Notes: generated by a model from the sequence alone, not told the origin. Positions 1 to 10,228 are shown, counted from the stretch's first letter. The stretch is 64,000 nt of DNA from an uncultured bacterium (GCA_964619725.1 CAZUFC010000032.1:1-64000); one strand, 5' to 3'. Numbers and translations are program-made.

Positions 1-25
1 AATTTAATGCTGGACAGCCACTTGG

Positions 26-791
26 GTTTTTGATCCATAAACGGGCGAATTTTTCGGAACTGATCAAACAGGGGTTACACTTTTTTCAAGACTTGTGACA
101 GTTTTTTGATTAATCGGGGTCGGTATCAGGATCGAAATCGTTATTACGGGATATCCGGAAGAATTTTAACCTTAAAAGAGCATTTTTGATCAATGCCAAA
201 AAAGATTATTCAACCATGTAGAGCATGAAGAGCCTGAAGAAGATTGGGACTGAACAAACCAGGACTGCGCTTTTTCATAAAACCTTTGACTGATTGAAAT
301 CCCCATTAAATAAACTGAATCTTGCCCAAAATTATCTGGTTGACGACTTCGGAGCCGGCTTTTCATCAATGGCTGTTTATTTCTAGAGACGGTTATTGTT
401 CAGATGCCTGTTTTTACTTATACAAGTGATTCATATTCCATCCGTCCCTTCTGTCCCTTAGGTCCCTTAGGTCCCTTTGTCCCTTTGTCCCTTTGTCCCT
501 TTGTCCTTTAATCAATAGAACCCGTATATAAATTCAACCACGGCATAATCGTCCCTGATGTCGTTCATTTCAACGTTTAATTCGTATCGGAGTCGGTACC
601 GCAATCGAAACAAAATGATGGGATATTCTGTAGAATTGTAACCTCAAAAGACGCATTTTTGATCAATGCCAATTTATCTTAAAGCAATTAAGACAAGGAT
701 TTGCGAGGCAGGGGTAATGCATATACGTTGACTGAGCAAATCCGCATCCTGACGAAGTATGGGGGAAAATTCGCCGTTTATGGACAAAAAC
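26..791. repeat. Composite intergenic repeat mosaic bounded by ~30 bp imperfect inverted repeats (MITE/REPIN-like, non-autonomous)
   Basis: gtttttgatccataaacgggcgaatttt (from 26) is the near reverse complement of aaaattcgccgtttatggacaaaaac (ending 791). Contains module B (61-193), a second B right half (586-666) and module A (667-791), all recurring elsewhere in the window. Confidence 0.7.
444..509. repeat. Tandem 8-9 bp repeat, GTCCCTT(T/AG/CT), 8 units
   Basis: Units start at 444, 453, 462, 471, 479, 487, 495 and 503. Confidence 0.9.
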
Positions 792-851
792 TAAATAATC
801 GGATATCAAAATGATTTTGACAAGCTCAAGCGTATAATGGCCAGGGTATAG

Positions 852-893
852 AAAAATTCCCGCAAATTTCGCACGAAATTTGCGGGAATTTTT
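852..893. terminator. Intrinsic (probably bidirectional) terminator downstream of clpC
   Basis: Perfect 20 bp inverted repeat aaaaattcccgcaaatttcg / cgaaatttgcgggaattttt next to the clpC stop codon, with T tracts on both strands. Confidence 0.9.
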
Positions 894-894
894 T

Positions 895-3351
895 TTATGC
901 GGGAACAGCTACCAGTTCCTTTGTCTTCTGAAACGCTATTTCGCTGTCCAGAAACTCTATTTCGATCGTCTCTCCGGGTTTGAAATCTTGAGTGATTATC
1001 TTCTGCGCCAGAGGATTCTCAATTTTCTTTTCTATAAGCCTTCTCAGAGGTCGCGCCCCATAAACCGGGCTGTATCCTTCTTCGGCCAGCAGTTTTTTCA
1101 CATTATCCGAGACGTGAATTTTCAGTTCTTTTTCTGCGAGGCGATCGTTCAGTTTCTTGAGTTCCAGGTCTACTATGTTTCTCAGGTGATTCCTTTCAAG
1201 GCGGTGAAACACGATGAGATCATCTATCCGATTCAGAAATTCCGGTTTGAAATATTTTTTCACTTCGTTCAGAATGCCTGTTTTAATGTCTTCGTAAGCT
1301 CTGTCGCTGCCGGTCATGAATCCGATATCCGTTCGCTCTTTGGACAATGAAGCTGTTCCGATATTGGAGGTTCCAATAATGATCGTATTCTTGAAGCTGA
1401 CCGTACGTCCCTGGGCATCCGTCAATCTTCCTTCATCCATCACCTGGAGGAGCACGTTGAAAACATCTGGATGAGCTTTTTCCAGTTCGTCCAGCAGAAT
1501 GACGTTATAGGGTTGCCTTCTTACCAGCTCAGTCAGTTGTCCGCCTTCGCCGTATCCTACGTAACCCGGCGGAGAACCGATCATTCTCGAGACGGTATGC
1601 CGTTCCATGTATTCCGACATATCGAGTCTGACGAAGCGGTCCTCATCATCGAACAGAAATTCCGCCAACGCTTTGGCGAGTTCAGTTTTTCCGACTCCTG
1701 TCGGTCCGAGGAACATGAACGTGCCGATGGGACGATTCGGCTGTTTCAATCCTGCACGGTTTCTTCTTATGGCATCGGCCACGGCCATTACGGCATTTTC
1801 CTGACCCACGATTCTCTTATGAATATTGGTTTCCATTTCCATCAGTTTTTCCGCTTCGGTTTCCAACATTCTCGTTACCGGTATACCCGTCCAGGAAGCC
1901 ACAACTGCTGCAATATCCTCAGAATCAACCTCCGTTATGCAATCCCCCTGCTCCATTTTCCAATTTTCCTTCAACTTTTTTAATTCCTCTTCCACCTGTA
2001 TCACGAGCTGCTGAAACTCTGTCGCTTCCTTGAAATTTTCACTTTCATACGCGTTTCTCTGTTTCTGCAACAGGTCGATTCTCTGTTTTTCCAATTCACG
2101 GATATCCGGCGGTACGCAAATGGCCTGAAGGTGTTTCTTGGAGCCGGCTTCGTCAATCAAATCCACAGCTTTATCCGGCAAAAACCGGTCCGTTATGTAT
2201 CTTTCGGCCAACTTTGCGGCCATACCCAGCGCATCATCCTGGTACGTAATCTGGTGATGCTCCTCATACCTCGGTTTTAATCCGTTCAATATGGCTACCG
2301 TCTCCTCCACCGTAGGTTCATCCACCATCACCGTCTGGAAGCGCCTTTCCAGCGCCTTGTCCGGTTCCACATACTTCTTGTATTCATCCAATGTCGTTGC
2401 GCCTATGCATTGCAACTGACCGCGAGCCAGCGCCGGTTTCAACATGCTTGATGCATCCAGACCGCCCGGTTGACCGCCGGCTCCCACGACTGTATGAAGC
2501 TCATCAATAAACAGGATGATTCGGCCGCTTTTCGCTATTATTTCGTCTCTGATCGCTTTCAGCCTTTCCTCAAATTCTCCCCTGAATTTCGCTCCCGCTA
2601 TAATCTCACCCATCTCCAATTGTATGACCTTCTTGTTCAACAGAGTCTCAGGCACTTCAGCAGCCGCTATCCGTTGAGCCAGCCCCTCAATTATGACAGT
2701 CTTGCCTACGCCCGGTTCGCCGATCAATACCGGATTATTTTTCTTGCGCCGCGACAGTATCTGAATCACTCGATTAATGACGTTCTCTCTGCCTATCACA
2801 GGGTCCAAACGATTCTCATACGCCAATTGCGTCAAATCGGTGGTGAACTGAGTCAAAATATCTGTTTCTCCCTCTTCCGGACTGTCTACGGTCTGGTTGC
2901 CTCTCACCGCTTCATAAGCCTTCTTGACTTCCAGATACGTTAATCCGGCCTTATTCAGCAACTCTGAAACCTCTCCTGCAGAATCCTGGAACAACGACAA
3001 AAACATCGTTCCTACGCTGATGAAATTGTCCTTCAAACTGTCCGCTTCCTCCTTAGCGTTTCTGAATACCGCTTCGGTTTCAGGCGTGGAATATATGTCC
3101 TGGCGCTTGTCTGTCTGAGTCTCCGCTTCAATGCTCTCGTATATTATGTCGATTATCCTCTCCTTCATCTCATCCGGATCATGACCCATCTCCTTGAAAA
3201 TCCCGATTAACGTCTCATCATCAAGGAGAAGCAACCCCAGAAGAACGAACTCCGTCGAAAAACGCGTCTTGTTGAATCTCAACAGCTCCGCAGTCGCCAG
3301 ATTCAGAGCTCTTATCACGGAATGCGTGCATATTCTTAAATATTGATGCAT
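895..3351 (-). CDS. clpC: ATP-dependent Clp protease ATP-binding subunit, ClpC type
   Basis: Clp N-domain; two AAA+ modules (GEPGVGKT / LFIDELH and GPTGVGKT / LLDELEKAH); short UVR-like coiled-coil middle domain; IGF ClpP-docking loop (DIGF); GARPLRR sensor 2. Confidence 0.93.
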   Translation of the reverse strand: MHQYLRICTHSVIRALNLATAELLRFNKTRFSTEFVLLGLLLLDDETLIGIFKEMGHDPDEMKERIIDIIYESIEAETQTDKRQDIYSTPETEAVFRNAKEEADSLKDNFISVGTMFLSLFQDSAGEVSELLNKAGLTYLEVKKAYEAVRGNQTVDSPEEGETDILTQFTTDLTQLAYENRLDPVIGRENVINRVIQILSRRKKNNPVLIGEPGVGKTVIIEGLAQRIAAAEVPETLLNKKVIQLEMGEIIAGAKFRGEFEERLKAIRDEIIAKSGRIILFIDELHTVVGAGGQPGGLDASSMLKPALARGQLQCIGATTLDEYKKYVEPDKALERRFQTVMVDEPTVEETVAILNGLKPRYEEHHQITYQDDALGMAAKLAERYITDRFLPDKAVDLIDEAGSKKHLQAICVPPDIRELEKQRIDLLQKQRNAYESENFKEATEFQQLVIQVEEELKKLKENWKMEQGDCITEVDSEDIAAVVASWTGIPVTRMLETEAEKLMEMETNIHKRIVGQENAVMAVADAIRRNRAGLKQPNRPIGTFMFLGPTGVGKTELAKALAEFLFDDEDRFVRLDMSEYMERHTVSRMIGSPPGYVGYGEGGQLTELVRRQPYNVILLDELEKAHPDVFNVLLQVMDEGRLTDAQGRTVSFKNTIIIGTSNIGTASLSKERTDIGFMTGSDRAYEDIKTGILNEVKKYFKPEFLNRIDDLIVFHRLERNHLRNIVDLELKKLNDRLAEKELKIHVSDNVKKLLAEEGYSPVYGARPLRRLIEKKIENPLAQKIITQDFKPGETIEIEFLDSEIAFQKTKELVAVPA

Positions 3352-3514
3352 GTGTTTTTCCTCTCTTTTTCATCTTTATCGGCAAAGTTCAGACCTTTCA
3401 TTTTAATCCTGTTAACTTGCCTTACTTTTTTTGATCTTTTTTCTTCTTTGGTCTTCCAACCCCGCCATGTAATTAGATGTAAATTTCCGGAAAAAGTTTC
3501 ACTTCTTTCGACAA

Positions 3515-3744
3515 TGATCAAACAACCTGAAATAACGCTTGAATGATTGAAATCCCCTGTTTTTTAATCGAGGACCGTTTTTTTCGGAGTCGGGATCGGG
3601 ATCGGGGTCGGGGTCTGGGTCGCTACAAATAATTATGAAAAGATAGGTGTTGGCCTGATCATATTTCCAAATTTCAGAGCTCCACATAACGGGAGTTCTG
3701 AAATTCGGAAGAATTGTAACCTCAAAAGAACCGTTTTTGATCAA
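3515..3744 (+). repeat. Module B repeat copy with RTCGGG hexamer array
   Basis: tgatcaaaca at 3515, hexamers at ~3584-3622, aattgtaacctcaaaagaaccgtttttgatcaa ending 3744; matches copies at 61-193, 586-666 and 9676-9820. Confidence 0.75.
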
Positions 3745-3756
3745 TACCCTTCTTCT

Positions 3757-6207
3757 CTAACGCCAAAGCTCCAAAGCCAGTACGTCAATCTGCTTCTCAA
3801 TCCTGTCCAGCTCCACGCCGGCGGATATTTGCCGTCTTTTGCTTTTCTCAGAATGTGCTTTTTCTGAGAGAGCGGCCATTCGAGCATGAACAGGGTCCGA
3901 TTCGTTAAAACGGGGAATTTTAATATATTTCAATATATACATAGAGCCCATGCTTTTTCCGCCTTTCTGAGAAAAAGCGGACGCAGCGAATTGAAAAATG
4001 GCGGAATTGACGACGGCTGCCAGGTAATAGGCTTCAGCCTTACTTTTGCAATCAACGAAAGCCAGGGTCTCCTGCGGAATGATGACTCTTCCGTTCTTCA
4101 TAAAAACGGCGGCGGCTTCGATCCTGGCCATTCTGGTCCATACGGCCTTGCAGGAACTGAAAGTGTATTCCCCCACATTGAACATGGAGTAAAAAGGAGC
4201 GGCATCCTTTAATAGCCCCGTCTTTTTGTCCTTTTTCTTAAAATATCGTCGAAACAGAGCCCTTCCGCGCAGAAAGTCCTCGTAATAGCTCAGGTAATCA
4301 TATATGCCGGGACAGCGCTCCTTCAGCTCCTTTTCAGGCATGCCTTTCTTCTTCACGGGGTCCTGGACCATAATGACGTTTGCCGACGGCTGGGCATGCC
4401 ATCGTGAAATATCCCTGGGCCGCAGAAGAGGAAACAGCCTTTCTCTTTCAACGATGGATGTGCTTTGCTCGACTTTTCTTTTCGCGCCTTCGATGATGTT
4501 TCTGATTTTAGCTTTTCCTTCGGAAACGGTTTCCACGATCTCGGCCCAGTAAACCGCGTTGGCGCCGCCTGAGTTGCATCCCTCGTGAGCCTTATAGAAT
4601 GATTGTCCCAGCATGTTTTTCAAGGTCTTTAAATCGCGGGGCGATGCGGTAAGCCAGGCGGATGTCCGGTCCGCAGAATCGACCGGTTCTGCGCTCAATT
4701 TTACGCGCTCAGTTTCTTCCAGTATTTTGTTCAGGGTGAAAGAGGCGTTCAGAGCGCTTTTTTTGTCCTTCTTTTTCCACACGTAATATTCAGTAAGGGG
4801 ATAAACCGTTTCCGATCCTTTTTTCAGGTAAATAACGCTCGTCCTGTTGGCCGTGCCGGGGAACGGCTGAACTGCGGCCATATCGTCCGCTTTGAGTACT
4901 TCCAGGGGATAGCCGTCAGGCAGGACGAAACGCCTGAAACCCTGTCCGGCCCCTGAAGTTTTAAACACGGACTGAGTGAGGATGAAAGCCAGACATCCGC
5001 CTTTTTTCAAGTATTTATCAGCCGCAACGCAAGTCATCAGCATGGCCAGGTCCTTTTTTCCCTTTCCGAGGATGGAATCCATGCCCTTATGGGGAAACAA
5101 ACCATATTTCAGCCATAATTCCCTGGTCTTCTTTTTATAAACCTTCGGCAAACCCTCCCAATTGATCCAGGGAGGATTGCCCGCGACATAATCAAAGGTT
5201 CCCCAATCCTTCGGGAGGGATTGCCGGAGGATTGAGTCGAAATTGTGCACCGGAACGGATATTTCGCCTGTTTTATTTGAAATTAAGTCTGCCGTAAATA
5301 AAAGATAGTTGAACCTGGAAGTTAGAGCTGCCTGCGGATTAAGATCGATGCCGACCACTCTGTTAAATATGCTTCTCAGGAGCTGAAAATCATCAATATC
5401 CTCGCGATTCTCATCAGCCCGTATGCGACGGATGACGCTCAACAGAAAAGCCCCCGATCCGCAGGCCGGGTCCAGAAATCGCCCGTCTCTCCGGGTTCCG
5501 TGTTCCAGCGCCTGTCCGACTACCCAATCGGCCAGCCAGTCCGGCGTGTAGTACTCCCCCAGCTTATGCCGCAACCTCCTAGGAACCAGGTCCATGTAAT
5601 AACCTTTTAAATAATCGATCCGGCCTGCCTCATAGTTTAATCCCGGAAACGTAACTATCCTCTCCTTGATCAGATCGATCAATCCCTTTAAATCAATGAA
5701 AACCGAATCGTCAGGAATCTCCGTATACCAACTCAAAAAATCCCTCTCATGAAACCCGGCTAACCCGTATTTCAAAAATTCCTCCCCTGATTCGATCCGA
5801 TGGAAGAATCGTCTAACCTCCTTCGCGGAACTGCCTGTTGACGGAAAGAATCCGAATAATGAATTTTCCCCTCGAATTTCGCAGATAAGCCGGATCGTCA
5901 GCAGCTTGACAAGGCAGGCATAAAAAGTCTGAAGACTGAAAAAGAAACAGAAAGGTTCAGGAGTGGTTTGAAACGTTTTGAATTTAGGCGGAATAAAAGA
6001 AAGATCACCGGAGGAAACGCGATCAAGACAGGTCAATCGGAGATACCGGTCTTTCCATTCATCAAAGGCATTACGGATATCTGCATTTTGAGGATCATGC
6101 GCCTGCGAATAAAAATCATGAATCAGTTTCCCGGCAGGCACAGAATTTATACCGAACTCAGCAATAAATCGCAAGGAATCATATGGATCGTGTCGATTAC
6201 GTTTCAT
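3757..6207 (-). CDS. N6-adenine DNA methyltransferase (gamma class, type IIG/Eco57I-TaqI-like) with C-terminal target recognition region
   Basis: GEYYTP (motif X), FLDPACGSGAF (motif I) and FDYVAGNPPW (motif IV) in gamma order; long C-terminal TRD-like region. Confidence 0.88.
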   Translation of the reverse strand: MKRNRHDPYDSLRFIAEFGINSVPAGKLIHDFYSQAHDPQNADIRNAFDEWKDRYLRLTCLDRVSSGDLSFIPPKFKTFQTTPEPFCFFFSLQTFYACLVKLLTIRLICEIRGENSLFGFFPSTGSSAKEVRRFFHRIESGEEFLKYGLAGFHERDFLSWYTEIPDDSVFIDLKGLIDLIKERIVTFPGLNYEAGRIDYLKGYYMDLVPRRLRHKLGEYYTPDWLADWVVGQALEHGTRRDGRFLDPACGSGAFLLSVIRRIRADENREDIDDFQLLRSIFNRVVGIDLNPQAALTSRFNYLLFTADLISNKTGEISVPVHNFDSILRQSLPKDWGTFDYVAGNPPWINWEGLPKVYKKKTRELWLKYGLFPHKGMDSILGKGKKDLAMLMTCVAADKYLKKGGCLAFILTQSVFKTSGAGQGFRRFVLPDGYPLEVLKADDMAAVQPFPGTANRTSVIYLKKGSETVYPLTEYYVWKKKDKKSALNASFTLNKILEETERVKLSAEPVDSADRTSAWLTASPRDLKTLKNMLGQSFYKAHEGCNSGGANAVYWAEIVETVSEGKAKIRNIIEGAKRKVEQSTSIVERERLFPLLRPRDISRWHAQPSANVIMVQDPVKKKGMPEKELKERCPGIYDYLSYYEDFLRGRALFRRYFKKKDKKTGLLKDAAPFYSMFNVGEYTFSSCKAVWTRMARIEAAAVFMKNGRVIIPQETLAFVDCKSKAEAYYLAAVVNSAIFQFAASAFSQKGGKSMGSMYILKYIKIPRFNESDPVHARMAALSEKAHSEKSKRRQISAGVELDRIEKQIDVLALELWR

Positions 6208-6266
6208 CCCGTCGCTTTCATCTTGAGACTTTTATTATTACACAGATTGCGTTCATGAGCCAATAA

Positions 6267-7751
6267 TCATAATGTAACGCTTTTTGATGAAGAGAAATTC
6301 TTATGACCCCTGCGTATCCTGTTCCAGCAATCGACAACTATCGATCTCTTCAAATGCCATATTTTGACGGATTTCGGATTTTTTACGGCTATTTCCAGAG
6401 GGACGGGGTGCAGTCCTTTAAAATTAAGGCGACAGGCGAGAGTTATGACAATGATGATCGCCAGGTTGAATGGGAGACTCAGCAGTGGTATGCCCAGGTT
6501 GACCGACAAATCGTTCAGCGGCGTCCAGATAAAATGCATAAGGGTGATGCAACCTGCCGACATCAATGCAGCTCGCATGTTCCACACCAGGTAATGTCCT
6601 CCCAAGGCAACGGCGAGGGCTGCCAGATTGTAATAAAAATTTATTCCGAATTTCCAGTTCAGCGGCGTTCCCAGGTAATGGTTCAGACTTGAACTGTACA
6701 GTAATACTGCAACTGCAAGCAATCCTGAAATCCTGGAATGCAGTAAGATGCCGAGTATAAAGCAGCCCCAGCACAGTAATTGAAAAATGCTGATAAAGCG
6801 GAACTTCGGCGGTAATATGCGTTTCAACCTGGCATACATATAGCTATAAAAGTCTGCTTTTTCTGTCATCTTCAGCTTTCGGAAGGCGAAACTCATGCCG
6901 TAATACGGATCATCGAAAAGGGGCGCGGTTATCATCGCTTTTTTGAAGTAACCGGCCGCTTCTTCAAAGCGCTGATCGATATAAGCCGTCCAACCGAGTC
7001 CATCCCAGGAATCCGCCAACCTGCAATCGAGTTCTACCGCTTCACGGAAATGGCGGGCTGCTGCTTCATATTGATTCAGTTTAAAATGCGTCCATCCCAG
7101 GCCGTCATACGCATCGGCAAACCGGGGATACTCTTTAACCGCCTTGTTGAAAAATTCAAGCGCTTCCCGATATTTCCCCCGCTTGAATTCTATCCATCCT
7201 GAAGCATCGTATTTATAAGCTCGCCCCCTTTGATTTGCATATTCGGTCTCCCGGAAGCTTTTTTCGGCCTTCTCCCATTCGCTGTGATAGAATTGATGCC
7301 ACCCCTTGAAAGAGTTCATATCGTAATGACCTGTAAAATTCAGAACGAGAAGACTTAACCACATAAGAATCACGTAAGGCAGACTGAACGGACTGAACGG
7401 CGATTCTTTCTTCTGCAGAATGCGCATCGCCGGCATCATCAGAATCGCAGACAGGACCCCGGCGATCAGGACGATCATAACTTTAATCAGGAAAGGCGGC
7501 TCCGGAAAAAGTATCCATGAATACCCTATCAGAGCTCCGTTTACTCCGTAGAATCCGGTTTTCAAAAGAGATTTCCTTTCAGATAATTTGAAAGCGGTCA
7601 AAGTCGCAGATAACGCTCCCAGAAAACTCAACAAACCGTTCGCCGGCGAGGCGATGATCATGCCGACCAGGAACAAGAGTCCCGAACGGACATTGCAGCA
7701 GAGGAAAAACTGACCGTAACCTCTTAAGATGTACTCCCCAATTCTCTTCAT
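6267..7751 (-). CDS. Urea-transporter (UT) fold membrane protein with central TPR domain
   Basis: N-half RGYGQFFLCCN..SGLLFLVG, GFYGVNGALIG, PFSLPY; C-half FYYNLAALAVALGG, IPLLSLPFN; between them 4-5 TPRs (AYKYDASGW, ADAYDGLGW, ADSWDGLGW, DDPYYGMS). Confidence 0.8.
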   Translation of the reverse strand: MKRIGEYILRGYGQFFLCCNVRSGLLFLVGMIIASPANGLLSFLGALSATLTAFKLSERKSLLKTGFYGVNGALIGYSWILFPEPPFLIKVMIVLIAGVLSAILMMPAMRILQKKESPFSPFSLPYVILMWLSLLVLNFTGHYDMNSFKGWHQFYHSEWEKAEKSFRETEYANQRGRAYKYDASGWIEFKRGKYREALEFFNKAVKEYPRFADAYDGLGWTHFKLNQYEAAARHFREAVELDCRLADSWDGLGWTAYIDQRFEEAAGYFKKAMITAPLFDDPYYGMSFAFRKLKMTEKADFYSYMYARLKRILPPKFRFISIFQLLCWGCFILGILLHSRISGLLAVAVLLYSSSLNHYLGTPLNWKFGINFYYNLAALAVALGGHYLVWNMRAALMSAGCITLMHFIWTPLNDLSVNLGIPLLSLPFNLAIIIVITLACRLNFKGLHPVPLEIAVKNPKSVKIWHLKRSIVVDCWNRIRRGHKNFSSSKSVTL

Positions 7752-7968
7752 TTTTTCTCTGAAAGCTTTGATTGAATGAAAATATCAGATTACGACTTCG
7801 TCAACAGGACATAGGAACTCGAAAAAAAAATTAACGTTTAAGACTTGCCTGATTGCTATGCCGTACCCCCTGAATACCCCCGCAAGCGGGGCAAACTTTT
7901 TTATATTCCAATTGCTTGATCGCTTGTTGGGTTTCTTTAAGAAATACATGATTATTTCTCAAGCCATA

Positions 7969-9321
7969 TCAGAATCTGATAACCCTGGAAACCACCAGGG
8001 GTATTTTATGCCCGGGTTTATGCGATTTGATGTCATTAGCGAATTCGACCCGGCAATCCGCGGGATATGCCAGTAATTTTTTGAATCCTTCGCATATCGT
8101 TTCCCGGATTCTTTCTTTTTTTGCCGTATTTTTATCGTCGAGAACGATCAGTATCTGAAAATCATCAACTTCGTGCTGGATTATCTGGTATTTCAGGACA
8201 TCGGGAATATCGGCGATTATATTGGTGACCGTGTAAGGCGAAAGAGCGGTCCCGTCTTTCAGAAGGATTGAGTCCACATATCGGCCTTCCAGGTTTTTAA
8301 TTCGCTTTAGAACCGACCCGCATTCGCACCGGCTTTTCCCGTCGAATTCAACCAGGTCTCCCAGGCCTGAGTAGCGTATGACGGGCGTCGCCCAGTTCGT
8401 CAGATCGGTGACGACCAGTCGTCCTCTGTTTATGGCCAGTTCATTATCGGCATCAATCAACTCATAAATTGCGCTGTCTTCCGCCAGATGGAAACCTCCC
8501 TCTTTTTCGCATTCGAAACCGAGCATTCCGGCTTCTGTCGTCGTGTATGTTTCTACGATACGGGCATAGGGGAAGACCTTTTTCAGAAGTTTCCTGGTTC
8601 TTTCATCGAGCATTTCCGAGGTCAGATGGAGCAATTTCAGGTTTCCTCGTTTCTGATTCCTGTCCGCCAGATAAGCAGCCAGGTTTCTCATGGTCGCCGG
8701 ATAGGATGAAAGATATTCCGGCTCAAATTCATCGAATTTCTCCATTATTTCTGCAGATTTTTCAAACGTGGAAACGATTCTTTCTTCCATAACGATCGTC
8801 CGTAACTGATCGGCCAGGGCATAATCGATATTATGAGGCGTCGAATCGAGCAAATACATGACTTTTTTTATGGGTTTTCCGCAACACCATTGATAATACA
8901 AAGTCATCGCATAAGCCGTAAAATGCCAGATGGAGGTTTCACTCTTGTATAATCCCACCGGCGTTCCTGTGGAACCGGATGTGGTTAAAAATCTTTTGTC
9001 TTGATTAAAAACCGGCGAGAGCATCTCCTCCTTTTTCAATTTCCTCAGCTCCGATTTCGTCAGCCAAGGAATGCGTTTGATGTCATCCAGCTCCTTTACC
9101 ATTGACGGTTGAAAACCATATTCATCATATTTCCTGCGGTAAAACGGAATATGTTCATAGGCATAAGCGACGATTTCCCGGAGGCTTTCAAGTTGAAATT
9201 CGTTTATCCGGGAACGGTCCCATTTCCGTTTTTCAAGCACGATATCCAATGCCGAATTCAATCGTTCTTTCCGCAACAGTATTTTCTTTTTCGACAGCGG
9301 TTCAGCAAAAAATGAGTTCAT
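7969..9321 (-). CDS. Phenylacetate-CoA ligase / CapK-like adenylate-forming enzyme
   Basis: HIPFYRRKY, TTSGSTGTP P-loop, ETYTTTEAG, VTDLTNWATPVIRY..GD, LEGR. ATG at 9321 preferred over the ORF-track start at 9369. Confidence 0.85.
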   Translation of the reverse strand: MNSFFAEPLSKKKILLRKERLNSALDIVLEKRKWDRSRINEFQLESLREIVAYAYEHIPFYRRKYDEYGFQPSMVKELDDIKRIPWLTKSELRKLKKEEMLSPVFNQDKRFLTTSGSTGTPVGLYKSETSIWHFTAYAMTLYYQWCCGKPIKKVMYLLDSTPHNIDYALADQLRTIVMEERIVSTFEKSAEIMEKFDEFEPEYLSSYPATMRNLAAYLADRNQKRGNLKLLHLTSEMLDERTRKLLKKVFPYARIVETYTTTEAGMLGFECEKEGGFHLAEDSAIYELIDADNELAINRGRLVVTDLTNWATPVIRYSGLGDLVEFDGKSRCECGSVLKRIKNLEGRYVDSILLKDGTALSPYTVTNIIADIPDVLKYQIIQHEVDDFQILIVLDDKNTAKKERIRETICEGFKKLLAYPADCRVEFANDIKSHKPGHKIPLVVSRVIRF

Positions 9322-9547
9322 GCATCCGTCACCGTATAACTTCAGAACTCCCGATAGACAACCTAACATATTGAAATAAATTGTTCCGTTTCATCAAATT
9401 GGCCGTTTTCGAGACGTTAAAACCGACGCCCACCTGCTGAAGCGTCTCTTTCTAACGATGCTCCGGCTATCGACTCCAGTTATATTAATAATTCAATCGG
9501 CTTGACGGGTCAAACGCCCGGCAGCGATTACAGAATCGCTTTTATGA

Positions 9548-9820
9548 ATTTCTGTCAATAAACGGCTCTTTTCCATTAATGCCGCGTCAGGCTGCGAATT
9601 TCTCCAGACAACGTACGTCCGATTACGCCTCCTTCCTAAATCCCTGCTTTCCTTGCTTAAAAAAAATATCAGGTCTGATCAAACAGGAGTTACGCTTCTT
9701 TCAAAACTTTCGAGAGTTCGTTTCAGTGATCGGGACCGGTATCGGGGTCGCAATCGCAATCGAAACCAAAGGAGGGGTATTCTGCAGGATTGTAACCCCA
9801 AAGGATGCAATTTTGATCAA
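9548..9820 (+). repeat. Module A (degenerate, reverse of 667-791) followed by module B
   Basis: tttctgtcaataaacggc...cgtcaggctgcgaattt...caacgta...aaatcc resembles the reverse complement of 667-791; then tgatcaaacaggagttac (9676), a hexamer array and ttgtaacccc...ttttgatcaa (9820). Confidence 0.8.
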
Positions 9821-9934
9821 TGCCGAAAAATCGCTCCCTTATGGAACAGAAAATCGCCACGCCTGTCCTGCATTAAATTTTTACCGATAAATGCACTTTG
9901 GGACAGACGCTTATTAATTCTCGCAACGCGAAAA

Positions 9935-10228
9935 TTAATAAATGAGATGATGGCATTGTTTTATTTTTTCTCTGAACTGCGGCGCCGGTCTAAACTCGAC
10001 ATCAAGAAATGCAGGACGCGTTTCAATTTTATTCGTTTTCATATTGCGGTATTTTTTGGGCGGTCTGAGCGTGCAATGGAAAGCGCCGAAACCTCTGAAA
10101 TAAACCCTCTCCCCCACTGCTATATCGCTTGCGATTTCTTCCAGCATAAAGTTGATTATTTCCACACATTCTTCCCTCGGTAAATTAAACTCATCCGACA
10201 ACAACCCTGCAAGACGCTTTATGTTCAT
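9935..10228 (-). CDS. HU/IHF-family DNA-binding protein (97 aa, atypical arm)
   Basis: GERVYFRGFGAF, RNxKT arm, VEFRPAPQFREKI; ATG at 10228 preceded by GGAGGAGA. Confidence 0.88.
   Translation of the reverse strand: MNIKRLAGLLSDEFNLPREECVEIINFMLEEIASDIAVGERVYFRGFGAFHCTLRPPKKYRNMKTNKIETRPAFLDVEFRPAPQFREKIKQCHHLIY

Noticed and set aside
444-509. Tandem GTCCCTT repeats and the dispersed repeat modules as a CRISPR array
   Set aside because: No unique spacers between the tandem units; the dispersed modules are kilobases apart and degenerate.
817-838. TTGACA and TATAAT close together on the plus strand
   Set aside because: Spacer is only 10 nt and it points into the clpC terminator.
880-3118. 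Long plus-strand ORFs antisense to clpC, and similar ones such as 18058-19086, 23938-24591 and 34514-35380
   Set aside because: Shadow frames of well-supported genes on the opposite strand, with no recognisable motifs.
7877-7891. ccccgcaagcgggg hairpin resembling part of some CRISPR repeats
   Set aside because: Single copy, no repeat-spacer periodicity, no cas genes.
7831-7968. In-frame continuation past the ligase TGA encoding ...KVCPACGG... (possible readthrough, selenocysteine or zinc-ribbon mini-protein)
   Set aside because: The ligase already ends at its normal C-terminus, there is only one CxxC, and it coincides with the DNA palindrome ccccgcaagcgggg; no RBS or recognisable SECIS.
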